Source of the DNA: a virus
Reading direction: 5' to 3' (one strand)
DNA: 64,000 nucleotides
IMG/VR virus record: IMGVR_UViG_3300043640_000137
Span: 24,525-88,524 of that record
The position numbers and the translations under genes are program-made. The notes beneath the pieces are model-generated. The model was given only the letters and a program-made list of their open reading frames with translations. It did no database searches and was not told the DNA's origin. Below are positions 1-8,805 of the stretch, in pieces (within the stretch, counting starts at the first letter, position 1; the number at the start of each line of letters is the position of its first letter).

Positions 1-1290
1 CAGGGCTTCTTCTTCGCCGACCTCCGCAAGAAGTACGAGCACGCTGCGTCGGCCGTCACGACCGGCCCGAACCTGTACGATGTCGCTTCAACCGCGGGTG
101 TCGTGGCCGGTTCGCTCCTGTTCGCGAGCGGCTTCACGAACGCGGCCAACAATGGTCTGCACACGGTCGCGAGCCTCGTCGCCAGTACCTCGGTCACGGT
201 GACGGAAGCAACTGCGGCCGAGGGTTCGCCGCCGGCAACCAATTTGCTTGTGCGCGTCGGTCATGAAGGGGCTTCGGGCGACCTCACCATCGACGTGAGC
301 GGCACGCTACCGGCGATGAAGAGCACGACGCTTGATTTCACCACGCTCGGGCTGGTTCCCGGTGAGTGGCTGTTCATCGGCGGTGACACGTCTGACACTC
401 AGTTCCTCAACGCGGTAAATAGCGGCTTCGCGCGCATCCATTCGGTCGCGGCGCATCAGATCAACTTGGACAAGGTGCAGGACACCTTCGTCACCGATGC
501 AGGCACCGCCAAGACCGTCCAGTTCTTCTTCGGTCGCGTGCTGAAGAACGAAGCCAACGATCCGACGCTGATCAAGCGCCGCACATATCACATCGAGCGC
601 ACGTTGGGCGTACCCGATGATGCGCTGCCGAGCGGCGTGCAGGCCGAGTACCTGATCGGCTCCGTGCCGAGCACCGCCAAGTTCAACTTCAAGACGGCGG
701 CGAAGATCGACCTCGACTTGGATTTCGTCGGCACCGACAATACCCAGGTCTCGAACACCGATGGGTTGCTCGCGGGCGACCGCCCGGTGCTTGTCTCGGC
801 AGACGCCTTCAACACGTCGAGCGACTTTGCCCGACTGAAGATGTCGGTCCTCGATCCGGCGTCGTCGAACCCCTCGCCGCTGTTCGCCTTCCTGAGCGAC
901 TTCACCGTGACGATCGACAACAAGCTCTCGCCGAACAAGGCGATCTCCGTGCTCGGCGCGTTCGAAGTCACCGCCGGCTTCTTCAACGTCGATGCGACGG
1001 CGACCGCCTACTTCAGCGAGGTTGCGGCGGTCCAGGCCGTGCGCGACAACGCCGACGTGACGATCGACTACGCGCTCGTGAAGAACGAGACCGTGGGTTT
1101 GGAGACCGTCGCGCAGGGCATCGTCATGGACATCCCGCTCGTCTCGCTCGGTGACGGCCGCTTGAACGTCGCGATCAATGCGCCGATCACGCTCGCGCTC
1201 ACGATCCCGGCCGCTGGCGATCGGGTGTTCAATCACACGATGTTGATGTCGTTCTTCGATTATCTGCCGCAGGCGGCGTTGCCGGCGTGA
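1..1290 (+). CDS. Major tail (tube) protein, 5'-truncated by the window
   Basis: The frame is open from base 1 (QGFFFADLRK...). The protein is beta-rich with a C-terminal 'GAFEVTAG..TAYF' segment typical of siphophage tail tubes, and lies directly before the tail chaperones and tape measure. Confidence 0.8.
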   Translation, partial: QGFFFADLRKKYEHAASAVTTGPNLYDVASTAGVVAGSLLFASGFTNAANNGLHTVASLVASTSVTVTEATAAEGSPPATNLLVRVGHEGASGDLTIDVSGTLPAMKSTTLDFTTLGLVPGEWLFIGGDTSDTQFLNAVNSGFARIHSVAAHQINLDKVQDTFVTDAGTAKTVQFFFGRVLKNEANDPTLIKRRTYHIERTLGVPDDALPSGVQAEYLIGSVPSTAKFNFKTAAKIDLDLDFVGTDNTQVSNTDGLLAGDRPVLVSADAFNTSSDFARLKMSVLDPASSNPSPLFAFLSDFTVTIDNKLSPNKAISVLGAFEVTAGFFNVDATATAYFSEVAAVQAVRDNADVTIDYALVKNETVGLETVAQGIVMDIPLVSLGDGRLNVAINAPITLALTIPAAGDRVFNHTMLMSFFDYLPQAALPA

Positions 1291-1399
1291 TCGGTGACGG
1301 CGGAAGCGTGATCTGAAATTCGGTCAAGGCCGGCTTCCGGTCTTAGGCCATAAAAAAGGGTGCCGGCTACGGCATGCACCCGCATAACCAGGAGACGGG

Positions 1400-1909
1400 A
1401 TGATGATGAGCGATACGAAAGATGACGAGGTAGTGCGCCAGATCGAGCACGAAGACGTGCGTGCGGAAGTCGTCGAGGCGTTCCCGCCGAAGAAGTCGAT
1501 CTACGACGTGTTCGGCACCGATACCGCGCGGGAGAAGAGCGGCGCGGTCTTCGAATATGGAGACATCAAAGTGCGTGTGGCGCGAGCCGGCGGCGCCAAT
1601 GATCGCTTCACCCGCCTCACGATCCAGAAGATGCAGCCGTACCGCCGCATGCTTCAGGCACAGCAGAACAAGCTCGACGCCAACACGATCGCCCTCCTGC
1701 GGACGATTCAGACCGAGGTCTTCGCGGAGACTGTCGTGCTCGGATGGGACGGCATCGCCGATCGCGAAGGCAAAGACATCCCGTTCTCGAAGGTGAACTG
1801 TCTGCAACTGCTTCAGCAGCTTCCCGACTTCTTCGACCAGCTATCCGGCTTCGCTCAGGACATGAGCAACTTCCAGAGCAGCGTGGACGAAAGCGACGTA
1901 AAAAACTAA
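1400..1909 (+). CDS. Tail assembly chaperone (gpG-like)
   Basis: 169 aa between tail tube and tape measure; RBS GGAG; ends at a slippery A AAA AAC heptamer. Confidence 0.85.
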   Translation: MMMSDTKDDEVVRQIEHEDVRAEVVEAFPPKKSIYDVFGTDTAREKSGAVFEYGDIKVRVARAGGANDRFTRLTIQKMQPYRRMLQAQQNKLDANTIALLRTIQTEVFAETVVLGWDGIADREGKDIPFSKVNCLQLLQQLPDFFDQLSGFAQDMSNFQSSVDESDVKN

Positions 1910-2247
1910 CCGACGTCCTTCTCTACGACTTAGAGCAAGGACAGGTTGAAGAGATCATCGTCCGGCAGGCGGTGCGGAACAAGACGGCGGTCCCCGAAAA
2001 GGTCGCCAACGCACCGTCGCTCCTGCCTGGGCTGGATTTTTTCTACACGGCGTTCCTCCAACTCTGCACATGCAGGGCGATTGGCTTCAGTGTCGGGCCG
2101 ATCCCCTGGACCGCAGTCAGCGAATACGCGCGCCGGCACCAATTGATCGACGATGACTTCGAGACCTTCGCGGTGGTGTTGAAACGCCTCGATAGCGTCT
2201 ACCTCGATCACCAGGACAAGAAGCGGCAAAAAGACCAGAAGAAGTAG
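1900..2247 (+). CDS. Tail assembly chaperone, -1 frameshift extension (gpGT-like)
   Basis: Heptamer A_AAA_AAC at 1900-1906 sits just before TAA. The -1 frame (ORF 1744..2247) continues with 'LCTCR..G..GPIPWTAV..YA'. Confidence 0.8.
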   Translation, partial: KKLTDVLLYDLEQGQVEEIIVRQAVRNKTAVPEKVANAPSLLPGLDFFYTAFLQLCTCRAIGFSVGPIPWTAVSEYARRHQLIDDDFETFAVVLKRLDSVYLDHQDKKRQKDQKK

Positions 2248-2315
2248 CTGGTAAACGGCTAGGCAGCCTGTTAATCTAGCTGTCCATCCACTTTATGTAG
2301 CTGCGGGAGGGAGTC

Positions 2316-2759
2316 ATGGTTTCGATCGCGCTCTTCCCGCAACGCATGAACCTCCGGGCGTCCCAGGTGATAGCCGCGGCGACGCGCGCGGTCCAGGCGG
2401 CGGCCAAGGTCGCGGTGAAGACCGTTACCGAGACCACGCCGGCAGACACCGGGCAGGCACGCTCGAACTGGATCACGACTCGCGACATCAAGTTCACCGG
2501 CACGATCCCGGCGTACTCGCCCGGCAGCCATCTCGGCATCGGTGAAAGTGCGAATGCCGGCGCTGCGCAGGCGCAAGGCAACATCGCGATCGACAGCTTC
2601 AATGCGAAGTCGAACAAGAGCGTCATCATCCAGAACAACCTCCCGTACATCGAAGGGCTCAACGACGGCTCGGTCTCGCGCCAGTCGAGCCAGATGGTTC
2701 CGCGGGCTTTGCAGGCGGCCGTTGTCGCCGTGAAGGCCATCAAGATTTTCGGGGATTGA
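2316..2759 (+). CDS. HK97 gp10-like virion/neck protein
   Basis: Motifs 'TPADTGQARSNW' and 'QNNLPYIEGLNDGS'; RBS GGAGGGAG. Confidence 0.7.
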   Translation: MVSIALFPQRMNLRASQVIAAATRAVQAAAKVAVKTVTETTPADTGQARSNWITTRDIKFTGTIPAYSPGSHLGIGESANAGAAQAQGNIAIDSFNAKSNKSVIIQNNLPYIEGLNDGSVSRQSSQMVPRALQAAVVAVKAIKIFGD

Positions 2760-3034
2760 TCATGGGCTACCCGCAAGCTTTTGCCCTTCTCGGCGCAAAA
2801 ACGCAAACCTACATCGCGGCTGCGATGGTCTCGAAGCGTCTCGACACGCCGAACTCGCTTGTCTCGGCGGTCGTCGAAGGGCTCAGCAAGGCGACAATTG
2901 ACGGGATGGACAGCGGCGCGCTGTGCAAGCGTATGCCGGGCCTCGACGTTGTGACGCCGGTTGCGATCGAAGCGCTGCTCGTCAGCGGCACCGTGCCGGC
3001 GACTGCCGACACGTTTGAAGCGGCGTTGCCGTAA
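2756..3034 (+). CDS. Hypothetical protein
   Basis: 92-aa ORF tightly coupled between its neighbours. Confidence 0.55.
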   Translation: MIMGYPQAFALLGAKTQTYIAAAMVSKRLDTPNSLVSAVVEGLSKATIDGMDSGALCKRMPGLDVVTPVAIEALLVSGTVPATADTFEAALP

Positions 3035-3039
3035 CCGCC

Positions 3040-6000
3040 ATGGCAAGTGAACGCCTGGACATCATCATTAGCGCGGTCGGCGGCCAAGCCGCGGCGTCCG
3101 AGATCAGCAGCATCGGCGGTGCGGCTGAGAAGACGACCTCACTGCTCGGATTCCTGCGCGCGGCGCTCGTCGCTATTGCGGCAGTCGAGATCGTGACGCA
3201 GTTCACGGAGATGGCAGACGTCTTCACGAACGTCCAGAACCGTCTCGTGCTCGTCACCAACGGCGTGCAGCAGGCCAACAACGTCTTCAACGGCCTCTAC
3301 GCGGTCGCGCAGCAGACGCGGCAGCCGCTCGAAGCGACGGCCGACGTGTTCACGCGCGTTGCCCGGTCGGCCGAGGGCCAGACGCTCACCTTTAACCAGT
3401 TGCTCGACGTGACGAAGGGCTTGAACGAAACGCTATTGCTCTCGGGCGCGTCCGGCACGCGTGCGAAGCAGGGCCTCACCGAGTTGGCCGAGGGCTTGGG
3501 CCTCGGCGTGTTGCAAGGCCGCCAGTTGCGCGCCTTGATCACCGACATTCCCGAACTCGCGAACGTCATCGGCAAGAAGGTCGGTATCGCCGGCTCGCAG
3601 TTGTTCGAGTTCGCGCAGCAGAACCCCGGTAAGCTGACGCCTGATCTGATCATCAAGGCGATCGAAGAGGCGCTGACTGAGTTGCAGGCGCGGTTGGCGC
3701 GCACCGGCCTCACCTTCGGCCAGACCTTCGACCGTATGGCCAATTCTCTCGACGTGTTCCTCGGCCGGCTCGCGCAGGGGACCGGCGCTGCGCAGAAGCT
3801 CGATACCGTGTTGCAGTTTATCGTCGCGCACGCCGGCCAAATCGTTGCGGCGCTGGCGGCGTTCGCGGGCATCGTCGCTTTCAACTTCATCGTCGGTCAA
3901 GCACTTGCACTCGGTACTGCGCTTGCGGGCGTGTTCGGCATCGTCACGCGGCTCCTCAGCGTGTTCGGGCTGATCCTCGTGCCGTTTCAGCTTTTCCGTA
4001 CGATAGCGATCGCCATAGGCGCGATCACATTCCTGCCGCTGGCGGCGGCGTTCAGCCTCATCTCCGGGATCGTTGTGGCCATGGCCAACCCGGTCAAGGC
4101 ACTGGCTGCGGCATTCGATCTGTTGAAAGTCGCGGTCCTTACCAACCCGCTCTTCCTGACGGGCGCGGCTGTTATCGCTGCGGCAGTTGTCGCGTTCTAT
4201 GTATTCCATGACCAGATAACGGGGATTGTGAATAGCCTCGGCGGGATATCGGGTATCTGGAACACCATCGTAAACGGCGCGGCTGCTGCGGTCACGGTCA
4301 TCATCGCGGAGTGGCGGCAACTGCCCGCCGTCTTCGACGACATAGGCAATCAGATCACGCAGAAGCTCGTGAATGCCTGGACGACTGCCAAGGACAAAGC
4401 AACCTTGATCATGGAGGGCCTGAAGCACCCGCTCTCGGCAACGATTGACGTGCTCAACGGCACGCCGTCGCCGCCGGCTCCGGCAACCACGCCGCCGGTT
4501 GTTGCCAACCCCGAGGCGGGTGCCGCGCAAGGGCTGCTCGACGACTTCAACAAGAATTTCGCGGCGCGTCAGGCGACGGGAACGAACGTCGTCAACACGG
4601 GGATCGAGGCTGCCATCGCGAAGGGTAAGCAGATGGTCGCATCGCTCACCAGCCTCACGGCGGGGACGGGCGGTGCCGAAAATGCGGGCGCGAGCGGCAG
4701 TGATCATCCGCAGTCTTCGGGGGATGTAGCCGATCTTGACGCCCTTTCGAAGAAGGCGCAGTCCCTTCTCGCGTCCGTGAGTCCGCTGATCGCGTTGCAG
4801 CAGAAGATGGCCGATACGAGCAAGGCCGTTGGTGAAGCGAGCCGGTACTATGCCGATCAAGTCACGTTCCTCACGCAGCAGATCGACGCTGGCAAAGACT
4901 CAGATGGCCACTACGCGAAGAACCTCGAACAGGTCCGGCAGAACCAGCAGCTTCTCAGCACGGTCATGGGCGATACGGAGCGCAAGACTGCGGGCCTCTC
5001 GACTTCTACCGACCAGTACGCGCAGAAGTTCCAGGTGCTCAACCAAGTGCTCAAAGACGGTAAGATCAGCCAGGAAGAATACAACCAGACCATTCAGAAG
5101 GACAGCATCGCCTTCCTCGCCACGCAGACGGATGCGCAGTCGGGGGTCGCGCGCACGTTCCTGAAGATGCAGGAGCAGACCGCCGACGCTGCGTCGGGCA
5201 TCGAGAAGGCGCTGACGGGTGCGTTCGATGCGGCGAACGATGCTGTTGTCCAATTCGTCACGACGGGCAAAGTCCAGATCACCGATCTCGCCAACACGAT
5301 CGAGTCAGGATTGTTGAAGCAGGCGTTGACGGGCCTCGAAGGTGATTTCGGCGCGCAACTCGGCTTCGGCTCGAAGCAAGGCGGCAACGGTGCGGTCGCC
5401 TCGATCTTCAACGGCATCAAGGGACTCATCCCCGGCCTCGGCGGCAGCAGCGGTGATCCGTCCTCCAAGGGCGGCATGGACAAGCTCAACGACATAATCA
5501 GCGGATCAGGGCTGACGTCTGCGCAGGGCATGCCCGTCTACGTGACCAACGCAGCCGGAGGCATCCCTGGCCTCGGGGGCGGGTCGAACCCGCTGGCCGG
5601 CGCGGAGAAAGCGGCGTCCCCGGACGGAAGCGGCGGTGGCTTCTTCGACTCCATCGGCAGCTTCTTCAAGGGCGCCGGCAGCGATGTGAGCGATATCCTT
5701 AGCAAGATCGGCGGCGGCATCGAGAGCGGCGCGTCTAGCCTCGCTTCGGGCGCGGGCAGCTTGGCCTCAGAAGCGGGGCCGTTGATCTCTAGCCTGTTCG
5801 GCTATGCGTCGGGCGGTAGCTTTCAGGTCGGCGCGGGGACGTCGCTCGGCGATACGAACGGCACGGACAACCGGCTCATCGCCTTCCGCGCTCGTGACGG
5901 TGAGACGGTCAGCGTCACGCCTCCGGGTCAGCGCTCGGGCGGCAGCGGAGTCACCGTCATCCAGAACATCAACACGCCTGACGCCAGCAGCTTCCGTGCA

Positions 6001-6072
6001 TCGCAAGGCCAGCAAGCTTCGGGTGCGTATGTCGCACTCGCGCGCGCCACGCGCCGGAACAATATGGGATAA
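3040..6072 (+). CDS. Tail tape measure protein
   Basis: 1010 aa, Ala/Gly-rich and helical. N-terminal tape-measure domain ('QTRQPLEATADVFTR'), hydrophobic middle, C-terminal 'YASGGSF..GTDNRLIAFRARDGETVSV'. Confidence 0.95.
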   Translation: MASERLDIIISAVGGQAAASEISSIGGAAEKTTSLLGFLRAALVAIAAVEIVTQFTEMADVFTNVQNRLVLVTNGVQQANNVFNGLYAVAQQTRQPLEATADVFTRVARSAEGQTLTFNQLLDVTKGLNETLLLSGASGTRAKQGLTELAEGLGLGVLQGRQLRALITDIPELANVIGKKVGIAGSQLFEFAQQNPGKLTPDLIIKAIEEALTELQARLARTGLTFGQTFDRMANSLDVFLGRLAQGTGAAQKLDTVLQFIVAHAGQIVAALAAFAGIVAFNFIVGQALALGTALAGVFGIVTRLLSVFGLILVPFQLFRTIAIAIGAITFLPLAAAFSLISGIVVAMANPVKALAAAFDLLKVAVLTNPLFLTGAAVIAAAVVAFYVFHDQITGIVNSLGGISGIWNTIVNGAAAAVTVIIAEWRQLPAVFDDIGNQITQKLVNAWTTAKDKATLIMEGLKHPLSATIDVLNGTPSPPAPATTPPVVANPEAGAAQGLLDDFNKNFAARQATGTNVVNTGIEAAIAKGKQMVASLTSLTAGTGGAENAGASGSDHPQSSGDVADLDALSKKAQSLLASVSPLIALQQKMADTSKAVGEASRYYADQVTFLTQQIDAGKDSDGHYAKNLEQVRQNQQLLSTVMGDTERKTAGLSTSTDQYAQKFQVLNQVLKDGKISQEEYNQTIQKDSIAFLATQTDAQSGVARTFLKMQEQTADAASGIEKALTGAFDAANDAVVQFVTTGKVQITDLANTIESGLLKQALTGLEGDFGAQLGFGSKQGGNGAVASIFNGIKGLIPGLGGSSGDPSSKGGMDKLNDIISGSGLTSAQGMPVYVTNAAGGIPGLGGGSNPLAGAEKAASPDGSGGGFFDSIGSFFKGAGSDVSDILSKIGGGIESGASSLASGAGSLASEAGPLISSLFGYASGGSFQVGAGTSLGDTNGTDNRLIAFRARDGETVSVTPPGQRSGGSGVTVIQNINTPDASSFRASQGQQASGAYVALARATRRNNMG

Positions 6073-6074
6073 CG

Positions 6075-7100
6075 GTGATGGGCTTTTTTGACGTGCGTCT
6101 GCCGGAGGATATCGAGCGCGGTGCGATCGGTGGCCCTGGCTTCAAAACGACGGTGCTTCAACTCGCTTCCGGCGCCGAGCAGCGCGTCGTGAACTGGAAC
6201 CGCTCGCGCGCCAAGTACAACATCTCGTACGGGATCACGAACAAGAGCGATCTCGATCCGGTCATCAATATGTTCTACGCGATGCAGGGCATGGCCAGCG
6301 GCTTCCGCTTCAAGGATTGGGGCGACTTCCAGATCGGAGACACGCATAGCGGCGACACCGACACGGCGCAGGAGATCGGGCTCGGCGATGCGGTGAACGC
6401 CGCCTTCCAAATCTTCAAGCGATACGACGTGACGGTCACGTTCTACGATCGCATCGTCTACAAGATTGTCAGCGGAACGCTGCGCCTCTTCGTCGATGGC
6501 GCTGAGCAGATAGAGAACGTCCAATACACCGCGAACTATGCGACGGGCCTTATCACGTTCCTGGCCGGCCACATCCCAGGCACGAAGGCCACCAACTCGT
6601 TGACCCTCGCGACCATCGTCGGCATCGCGAGCGAGACGGTGACGCTCGGCTCGATCACGTACGAGTTCGTGTCGGCGCTGACCGGCGCGGCCAACGAAGT
6701 TAAGATCGACATCAACGCCAACAACACGGCGAACAACCTCGCCGCCGCGGTTAACGGCTCCGCGGGCGCCGGCACAATATACGGCACGGGTACAGTCGCG
6801 AGCGGCTCGGTAGTAGCGGTCAACGTCGCAGGGGAGATCACGTTCACCGCGCGCACGGGAGGCGTCGGTGGCAACGCGGTCGCGTGCAGCGGAACGCTCA
6901 CCGATCCCAGCAACGTGTTCGGCAATACGGACGGCCATCTGAACGGCGGCACTTCGCCCGCGGTCTCTGTGATGGCGGAGTTCGATGTGCCGGTACGCTT
7001 CGATAGCGATGACCTCGGCGTCAACACGCAAGTCTATTCGAACGAAGCGGTGATCGAGATTCCGCAGATCAATCTCGTCGAACTTCGCGAGAACAGCTAA
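6075..7100 (+). CDS. Distal tail protein (DUF2460, GTA-like) with internal insertion
   Basis: 'GAIGGPGFKT..LASGAEQR..W', 'GFRFKDWGDF', 'EFDVPVRFDSD'. Confidence 0.9.
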   Translation: MMGFFDVRLPEDIERGAIGGPGFKTTVLQLASGAEQRVVNWNRSRAKYNISYGITNKSDLDPVINMFYAMQGMASGFRFKDWGDFQIGDTHSGDTDTAQEIGLGDAVNAAFQIFKRYDVTVTFYDRIVYKIVSGTLRLFVDGAEQIENVQYTANYATGLITFLAGHIPGTKATNSLTLATIVGIASETVTLGSITYEFVSALTGAANEVKIDINANNTANNLAAAVNGSAGAGTIYGTGTVASGSVVAVNVAGEITFTARTGGVGGNAVACSGTLTDPSNVFGNTDGHLNGGTSPAVSVMAEFDVPVRFDSDDLGVNTQVYSNEAVIEIPQINLVELRENS

Positions 7101-8374
7101 TGGCCAAGAGCGCTTCATCGGGGCTATTAGCCGACTTGCAGCAGGACGTCGCGGGACTAGCGACGCTATGGACCATCACGCGCAAAGACGGCGTGACGCT
7201 CCGCTTCACCGATCTCGACACCGACGTCTTGTTCGACGGCGACACATACTCGGCCGCGGTCGGCTACACGCGCACGGCAATCGAAAGCCAAGTTGGCACG
7301 AGCGTCGATAATGTGGACGTCACCGGCTTCTTCAACGATGACGCTATATCCGAGCACGACTTGCGCGCGGGCCGGTATGACTACGCGAATGTGTCGATCC
7401 GTCTCGTGAACTGGCAGAACCTCGCGAACGGCCCGATGACGATCCGCACGGGTACGCTCGGCGAAGTCAACTTCTCAGACAACGGTCAATACTCTGTAGA
7501 GATTCGTGGACTCACGCAGGCGTACACGACGATCATCGGTGTTCTCGTGCAGGCTGAGTGCCGCGCGAACGTCGGCGATCTCCACTGCAAGATTCCGCTC
7601 AAGCCCCCGGTCGTGAAGCGCGGTATCGCGTATGCCGTGGGCCAGTTCGTCCGCGCGCCAGTGGCGGTTTCGGGTATCGCCAACCCGGACATCGCGTCGA
7701 TCGTCGCCGGTCTGATCACCGAAGATTACGACAACCGCATTTATGTCTGCGCGACTGCTGGCACGACCGATGCGACGACTCAGCCTGTTTACGATGAGAC
7801 GGTAGGCGACGGCACAACGGACGGGTCTGCGGTCTTCGAAGCGATGGAATCGTGGACGCGCAGCGCCGTCGTCGCGAGCGTTGTCGGAGACGATCGCACG
7901 TTCACGATCACCGTTGATGAGCCCCGTGCGTCTTCTGCGACGCAAGATGCCGAGAACTCGGCCGAGCTTTCCATCCTTCAGTCGATGGTATCGGTCGAGC
8001 AAGCCATGATCGCGACGGCGACGAGCACAGATGTCAACGGCAATACGATTTATGAGTCGCTTAACACGCCTAGCGCGACGCCGGCAGCACCGTGGTTCAC
8101 CTACGGCGCGGTCGGCTGGGACACAGGCTTGAATGCCGGGCTCGCGATGGAAATCAAAGGCTGGGATGCGACGACCAACAAGGTCACGGTCTACCTCGCG
8201 ATGCCGTACACGGTCGCGGTCGGCGACAAGCTCTCGATCTATCCGGGATGCACGAAGCTCGTGCCGGCGTGCGCCAACAAGTTCAACAATGTCCTCAATT
8301 ACCGCGGTGAGCCCTACGTACCGGGCCAGGACGCGATCCTCGCGTATCCGACACCGCCCGGAACGAGTGGCTGA
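7100..8374 (+). CDS. Baseplate hub protein (DUF2163/BR0599 family)
   Basis: 'WTITRKDG..LRFTD', 'CRANVGD..C', C-terminal 'GCTK..CANKFNNVLNYRGEPYVPG'. Confidence 0.9.
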   Translation: MAKSASSGLLADLQQDVAGLATLWTITRKDGVTLRFTDLDTDVLFDGDTYSAAVGYTRTAIESQVGTSVDNVDVTGFFNDDAISEHDLRAGRYDYANVSIRLVNWQNLANGPMTIRTGTLGEVNFSDNGQYSVEIRGLTQAYTTIIGVLVQAECRANVGDLHCKIPLKPPVVKRGIAYAVGQFVRAPVAVSGIANPDIASIVAGLITEDYDNRIYVCATAGTTDATTQPVYDETVGDGTTDGSAVFEAMESWTRSAVVASVVGDDRTFTITVDEPRASSATQDAENSAELSILQSMVSVEQAMIATATSTDVNGNTIYESLNTPSATPAAPWFTYGAVGWDTGLNAGLAMEIKGWDATTNKVTVYLAMPYTVAVGDKLSIYPGCTKLVPACANKFNNVLNYRGEPYVPGQDAILAYPTPPGTSG

Positions 8375-8376
8375 AC

Positions 8377-8802
8377 ATGAAACGCACTGAAGTAGTCGCC
8401 GAGGTTCGCAAGCTGAAGGGCGTTGCCTGGAAGCATGAAGGGCGCACGCGTCACGGTATCGACTGTGCCGGTGTCGTCATCGTGGTCGGCAATGCGTTCG
8501 GCCAGTATAAGTTTCAGCCGCTCGCGAACTACACGCGGCGGCCGGATGGCACATACGTTTCGCACTTCCGCCGGCATCTCATCGAGAAGCCTGTTGCGCG
8601 AGCTAAGGATGGCGATGTCGTGCTCTTCTCGGAAAGCACGCATCCATGCCACTGCGGCATCATCACGACGATGTATGGCAAGCCGGCGGTTGTGCATGCG
8701 CATGCACTGCGCGGCACGGTGATCGAAGAAACATTGGTGTCCGCGGAGTCCGTCGTCGGTCAGCCGACGTTCTGCTTTGCGTACCCCGGCATTGAGGACT
8801 GA
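8377..8802 (+). CDS. NlpC/P60 tail-associated peptidase
   Basis: 'WKHEGR..GIDCAG' and 'HCGI..VVHA' give the Cys-His-His triad; GTA-like gene order. Confidence 0.9.
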   Translation: MKRTEVVAEVRKLKGVAWKHEGRTRHGIDCAGVVIVVGNAFGQYKFQPLANYTRRPDGTYVSHFRRHLIEKPVARAKDGDVVLFSESTHPCHCGIITTMYGKPAVVHAHALRGTVIEETLVSAESVVGQPTFCFAYPGIED

Positions 8803-8805
8803 CCG

